Below are positions 59,995 to 64,000 of a stretch of 64,000 bases of DNA, piece by piece. Both the position numbers and the translations under genes were made by a program. The stretch is from contig OZ244960.1 of NCBI GenBank assembly GCA_965222605.1, positions 2,688,001 to 2,752,000 on the forward strand. The letters run 5' to 3'. The notes under the pieces were generated by a model that saw nothing but the letters and a program-made list of their open reading frames with translations, was not told the origin of the DNA and searched no databases. Each line of letters begins with the position of its first letter. The first letter of the stretch is position 1. Origin of the DNA: Candidatus Latescibacterota bacterium (GTDB lineage: Bacteria; Latescibacterota; UBA2968).

Positions 59995-62274
59995 CTACTT
60001 CACACTTCCTACTTCATCCATCACCACCCGCGACGCTGCCAACCCATCTACACTGGCGATCTGCCCGGTTGCAGGATCGATCTGCCCAAACGACAACACA
60101 CCCGTCGGACAACTCTGCACACATGCCGAACACCGCACGCACTCCGGGTCCTCCATAGGCAAACCCTTATTCGCAAAATTCATCACATCAATACCCTGAT
60201 GGCACACCGACGTACACACACTACACGAAATGCACTTCTTCTTATCCGCAAAAATCCGAAACCGCGAAAACCGCGCGTAAACATGCATCAGCGCAGCTAA
60301 GGGACACGCAAACCGACACCACATCCGCCCGCTAAAATGCCAATAAAAACCCACCCCAATAATACCCGCCAAAAACAAATCCACAAACCACTGATAATTC
60401 AAAAACGTCAGCGGAAACACCAGACCGCCCCAATTCACATCCTTCCCCATAAACAGCCCCATATACCCCGCATTCACCCAGTGGTCATAAGGCAACAACC
60501 AGCCCGCAATCCGCAACGCCAAAAGCACAAAAGCCAGAACCAAAATCACCTGCCCCACCATATTCATCCGATTCCAAACGGGGCCGTGCGGCATCTTCTG
60601 CCGGTGCATATCCCCCATCGTCTCTGCCAGTGCCCCACACGAACAAATCCACCCACAATAAGCCCCCTTACCCCAGCGCCAGATAATCAATGGAATCACC
60701 ACAAATGTCTGCACCAGACTAATGCCCAACCACCACCCCAGCGGCTGACTCGTAAACACATTCCAAAAAAACAGCGGCCACGCCAGAATAAAGCCCAAAC
60801 TCCGCCAGTATTCCCGCCCGTGTGCATCCCACTCCGTCGCAGGGAACAACGCATCGGCCACAGGCTTGAAAAAAGCACCATCGGAAAACCAGCCATTATG
60901 CCCCAGCCACGGCAAGAAAAAATAAGGCAACAAAAACAGAGGCACACACTGAATAACCATCAGCGTCGCCGTCTGCACCGTCACATAAGGCGTCTGCCGC
61001 CGCTTAATCCTGCGAAACCCAAACCCCACGACACACGTGCAATAAGCCAGCGAATAATAAAACCCCGGCTGCGTCATCGACGTCCAAACCGTCCCGAAAA
61101 GATCCGACTTATCCTCCGCAGGCGTCAGATTAAACGGAAACAGATCTGCCCCCTTAAACCACTCGTAAATCGGAATACCCGCACCCGTCTTCCAGTGATA
61201 CACAAACACACACGCCAGCATAATCAACCCAAAAGACACCCATGTGCCCAAACGCCATTCCCCTCTAATCGGCACACCCGACCGCCTGAAAAAATCCAGC
61301 GGAGCCTCGCGCCCAATCATGGCAAACACCGCGTCATTGGGCATCGCCTCATCACCCTCACCCGTCGAAAGCACCACATCTTTCTCACCAATCGCCTTCA
61401 CCTCGCTCGCCAGCGCCATCCGCAAATGTTCCCCACCCGAAAGCACGTCAATCTTATCCACATTCTCCGGCTTGGGACGACTCAATTCCGCGCGCCGATA
61501 CGACAGCGTCACCCGCCCACCGGACTCGGCAATCGCAATCGCCGTCTCCAGCGCACTATCACCGCCACCAACGACCAGCACATCCTGATTCGCATAATCT
61601 TTTGGATCGTGCAACCGGTTCATCACCTTATCCAGATCCTCGCCCGGCACATTTAACTTTCTAAAATTGCCCGACCGACCAATCGCCACAATCACCCGGT
61701 GCGCCAGCAAGTCCTCACCATCGGGAATCACCACCCGCAACACATCCCCCTCCCGCTGCACACACTCTGCGCGCGCAAACACCGGTTCGATATCCTCGGT
61801 CCGCTCTTCCAACTCCTCCAACAACCGCTCCTTCACATCTGCCCAATCTGAAAACTGCAAATCACCTGCCGGGACCATATCCGTCGGATACGTATAAATC
61901 GGTTTTGCCTTCGGAAAATTCACCACCGTAGAAAACCGCTCTGCCGCCTCCAACAGCACAAAATCCAATCCCCGCTTCTTCGCCTCAATACCCGCCGCCA
62001 TACCCGACACACCCCCACCTATAATCACCAGATCGCGCACCCCGTCCCTTTGCGTCCGCCTCTCAAACCCCGCATCATCCACAATCGTCTGCACCGCCCG
62101 CGCCCCCGTATCCGACGAAAACTTCAACAGCGGAATCCCCGTCAAATCCCCCACAATATAAAGCCCCGGCACCGCCGTTAACCCATCCTCCTGCATCTCT
62201 GGCAACTTCTCCACCGCGCCCGAAGGCCACCGCGTGTGCAACCAGTGCATATACCGCTTCAAAAATCCAAACAT
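59995..62274 (-). CDS. FAD/NAD(P) oxidoreductase fused to a NapH/MauN-type membrane 4Fe-4S domain
   Basis: GGGVSG, GGGDSA, YCGWICSCG, WCRFACP, CISCSVCTSVC, CVRCSACVQSCP. Confidence 0.82.
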   Translation of the reverse strand: MFGFLKRYMHWLHTRWPSGAVEKLPEMQEDGLTAVPGLYIVGDLTGIPLLKFSSDTGARAVQTIVDDAGFERRTQRDGVRDLVIIGGGVSGMAAGIEAKKRGLDFVLLEAAERFSTVVNFPKAKPIYTYPTDMVPAGDLQFSDWADVKERLLEELEERTEDIEPVFARAECVQREGDVLRVVIPDGEDLLAHRVIVAIGRSGNFRKLNVPGEDLDKVMNRLHDPKDYANQDVLVVGGGDSALETAIAIAESGGRVTLSYRRAELSRPKPENVDKIDVLSGGEHLRMALASEVKAIGEKDVVLSTGEGDEAMPNDAVFAMIGREAPLDFFRRSGVPIRGEWRLGTWVSFGLIMLACVFVYHWKTGAGIPIYEWFKGADLFPFNLTPAEDKSDLFGTVWTSMTQPGFYYSLAYCTCVVGFGFRRIKRRQTPYVTVQTATLMVIQCVPLFLLPYFFLPWLGHNGWFSDGAFFKPVADALFPATEWDAHGREYWRSLGFILAWPLFFWNVFTSQPLGWWLGISLVQTFVVIPLIIWRWGKGAYCGWICSCGALAETMGDMHRQKMPHGPVWNRMNMVGQVILVLAFVLLALRIAGWLLPYDHWVNAGYMGLFMGKDVNWGGLVFPLTFLNYQWFVDLFLAGIIGVGFYWHFSGRMWCRFACPLAALMHVYARFSRFRIFADKKKCISCSVCTSVCHQGIDVMNFANKGLPMEDPECVRCSACVQSCPTGVLSFGQIDPATGQIASVDGLAASRVVMDEVGSVK

Positions 62275-62357
62275 AGTTTCCCTTCCGATAGAGCCTATAA
62301 AAATTTGCCCGCATAGGATAGTTACGCGATCTCACATCGTCAACTCCAAAATTCGCA

Positions 62358-63377
62358 TTACCCATAAACATCATCAATCAACGCACGAATATATCCAATC
62401 GCATACGCCTTCCCGTGCAATTGCGTATGGGCGGAGTGGGCAAAGCCCGGCGTGTGATCCATCATATAAGGACCATTGAATCCATTATCGCGATAAACCT
62501 CCATCGCGCGCTTCATATCAATATCGCCTTCGTCCATAAAAGCTTCCACAAACCGCGGCAACTGGCCCTTCACATTGCGGAAATGCACCCAAACAATTTT
62601 GTTATTTGAAGCCATCTCGGCAATCGCATCATAAACACCCTCACCCAGCAACTCCGTCATACAACCCTGGCAAAATAACATCCCGTTGTGCTCGCCCGGC
62701 GCGATCTCAAAAAGCGTGCGCCTGAACTGTTCCAACGAAGAACAAATCTGTGCAATACCACCCAGAGGTTCTGGAACCGGCGGATCATCCGGATGCAGTG
62801 CCATACGCACCCCCGCTTTCTCTGCAACGGGAATCACCGCTTGCAAAAATGCCTCCATATTTGCCCACATCGTCTCTTCTGAAACAGGGGGATGGTGTTG
62901 CTCTGGACGGTTCTGGCTAAAATAGTCATAGTCAAACGTGCTATATCTCACCCCACCGCGGCCCGTATCTGAAGGCGTACGAAAATTGCCCATCGGTTTA
63001 AAATTCCAGCCCAAACACGGAATCCCCGCCTTGCCCAGCGACTCCAGCATCTGACACCAGAACCCGATCTTTTCATCCCGATCTTCCATAGCCAGTGCAA
63101 TCTCTTCCCAGCACGGCATAAAAATATTATTCAACTTCATGCCATGGGACGCCACCAACTCCCGCGCCTTCTCAAACTCCTCCGTACAATCCTTCCCCGC
63201 GCGAATCCGCTGCGCCAGCGCCGTATTCGCCACGCCCGTGCCACTGCGCTTCGCTGATTTTGCAGGCGGGCGACCACCCCGCAACTCGAGATGAATCGAA
63301 TCCACGCTAATCGCCCTGTAAAAGCTCAAAATCTCATCGCCCAAATCGTCGTAATGAACCTGATCTTGAATGTACAT
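62358..63377 (-). CDS. uxuA: Mannonate dehydratase-like protein
   Basis: WNFKP, MALHPDDPP, FCQGC, HFRNV, DH, YAIGYIRAL. Confidence 0.85.
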   Translation of the reverse strand: MYIQDQVHYDDLGDEILSFYRAISVDSIHLELRGGRPPAKSAKRSGTGVANTALAQRIRAGKDCTEEFEKARELVASHGMKLNNIFMPCWEEIALAMEDRDEKIGFWCQMLESLGKAGIPCLGWNFKPMGNFRTPSDTGRGGVRYSTFDYDYFSQNRPEQHHPPVSEETMWANMEAFLQAVIPVAEKAGVRMALHPDDPPVPEPLGGIAQICSSLEQFRRTLFEIAPGEHNGMLFCQGCMTELLGEGVYDAIAEMASNNKIVWVHFRNVKGQLPRFVEAFMDEGDIDMKRAMEVYRDNGFNGPYMMDHTPGFAHSAHTQLHGKAYAIGYIRALIDDVYG

Positions 63378-63389
63378 TTTTACCGCCTC

Positions 63390-64000
63390 TCACATCTCAA
63401 CCTCGGCATCAGACACCCGCCGTTGACCACCTTGCCGTTCTTCCGCATCGACAATCTCGGGAACATACCCTTCAACATCCCGAATATAGCCGAGCAACCG
63501 CGCCTTCATTCGGTCTGCAACCGGACGGTGGCTACTATAGCCAATCAAATTGCGCAACTCGTACGGATCTGCCTCCAGATCGTAGAGATACGCCTCGTCA
63601 TAACTCCTCGCCCCTTCCGCACCGGGCGGCACCGCATCGCTGTGGACCGCGTATTTCCACCGCCTTGTGCGAACAGCGCGACCAATACCACTCTCTGAAA
63701 TCTGCACAAACACATCATCCGGCCATGGATCTGCGAGCGACTTGCCCCCACCGCCCAAAATGGAAAGCGCGGAACGCCCCGACATCTGATCGGGAATCTC
63801 CAAACCAGCGCCATCCAACAACGTCGGCGGCAAATCCACCAAACTCACCAATTCGCCCAATGTACCACCCCCCGCAAACGGGCCACCCGTCAACACCGTT
63901 GGAACGCGGATAGAACTCTCGTGACACGAACGCTTGTATTCCCGATTTCGGGTGCGAAAATGACAGGCGTGATCAGAAGTGAACAACACAATCGTATCCT
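63390..64000 (-). CDS. Sulfatase, C-terminal part (5' beyond window)
   Basis: FTSDH, ESSIRVP, DLPPTLL, YLYDLEADPYELRNL. Confidence 0.85.
   Translation of the reverse strand, partial: DTIVLFTSDHACHFRTRNREYKRSCHESSIRVPTVLTGGPFAGGGTLGELVSLVDLPPTLLDGAGLEIPDQMSGRSALSILGGGGKSLADPWPDDVFVQISESGIGRAVRTRRWKYAVHSDAVPPGAEGARSYDEAYLYDLEADPYELRNLIGYSSHRPVADRMKARLLGYIRDVEGYVPEIVDAEERQGGQRRVSDAEVEM

Noticed and set aside
59984-60020. Short 7-mer/10-mer runs (also near 3480, 3950, 16582, 28436, 35360)
   Set aside because: Degenerate low-complexity repeats at gene ends with no associated gene or structure

Overview
Bacterial chromosome segment. Paired EF-hand/dockerin-like secreted proteins, sulfatases and many TA modules suggest a Latescibacterota/Gemmatimonadota-like, possibly host-associated organism (inference only). 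The core backbone has glycosyltransferases/epimerase, serS, gltX with three tRNAs, nnr, a split carB, pyrK, an ECF operon, yceI and uxuA. Two accessory zones interrupt it. Zone 1 (about 7.4-12.9 kb) ends at tRNA-Gln. It holds a heptad-repeat nuclease-like protein, a sigma54 promoter ahead of a decayed sulfatase, a DGR remnant (target gene, hairpin, truncated avd; no RT or TR seen) and an Rpn gene with a likely internal start. Zone 2 (about 22.9-50.8 kb) holds a duplicated, effector-less STAND-type ATPase operon: one small ATPase plus two ATPase-wHTH-TPR paralogues with different repeat numbers and palindromic operator arrays. This operon is the best candidate for an undescribed system. Zone 2 also has four TA loci, a BseCI/BanIII-like R-M cassette inserted at the start codon of a duplicated sensor-kinase gene, a large adhesin-like gene split by an IS982-family element, and a Cre-like recombinase beside one of two ~70-80 bp direct repeats. 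Two REP families are dispersed throughout. All assignments come from motif recognition by eye; no searches were run.
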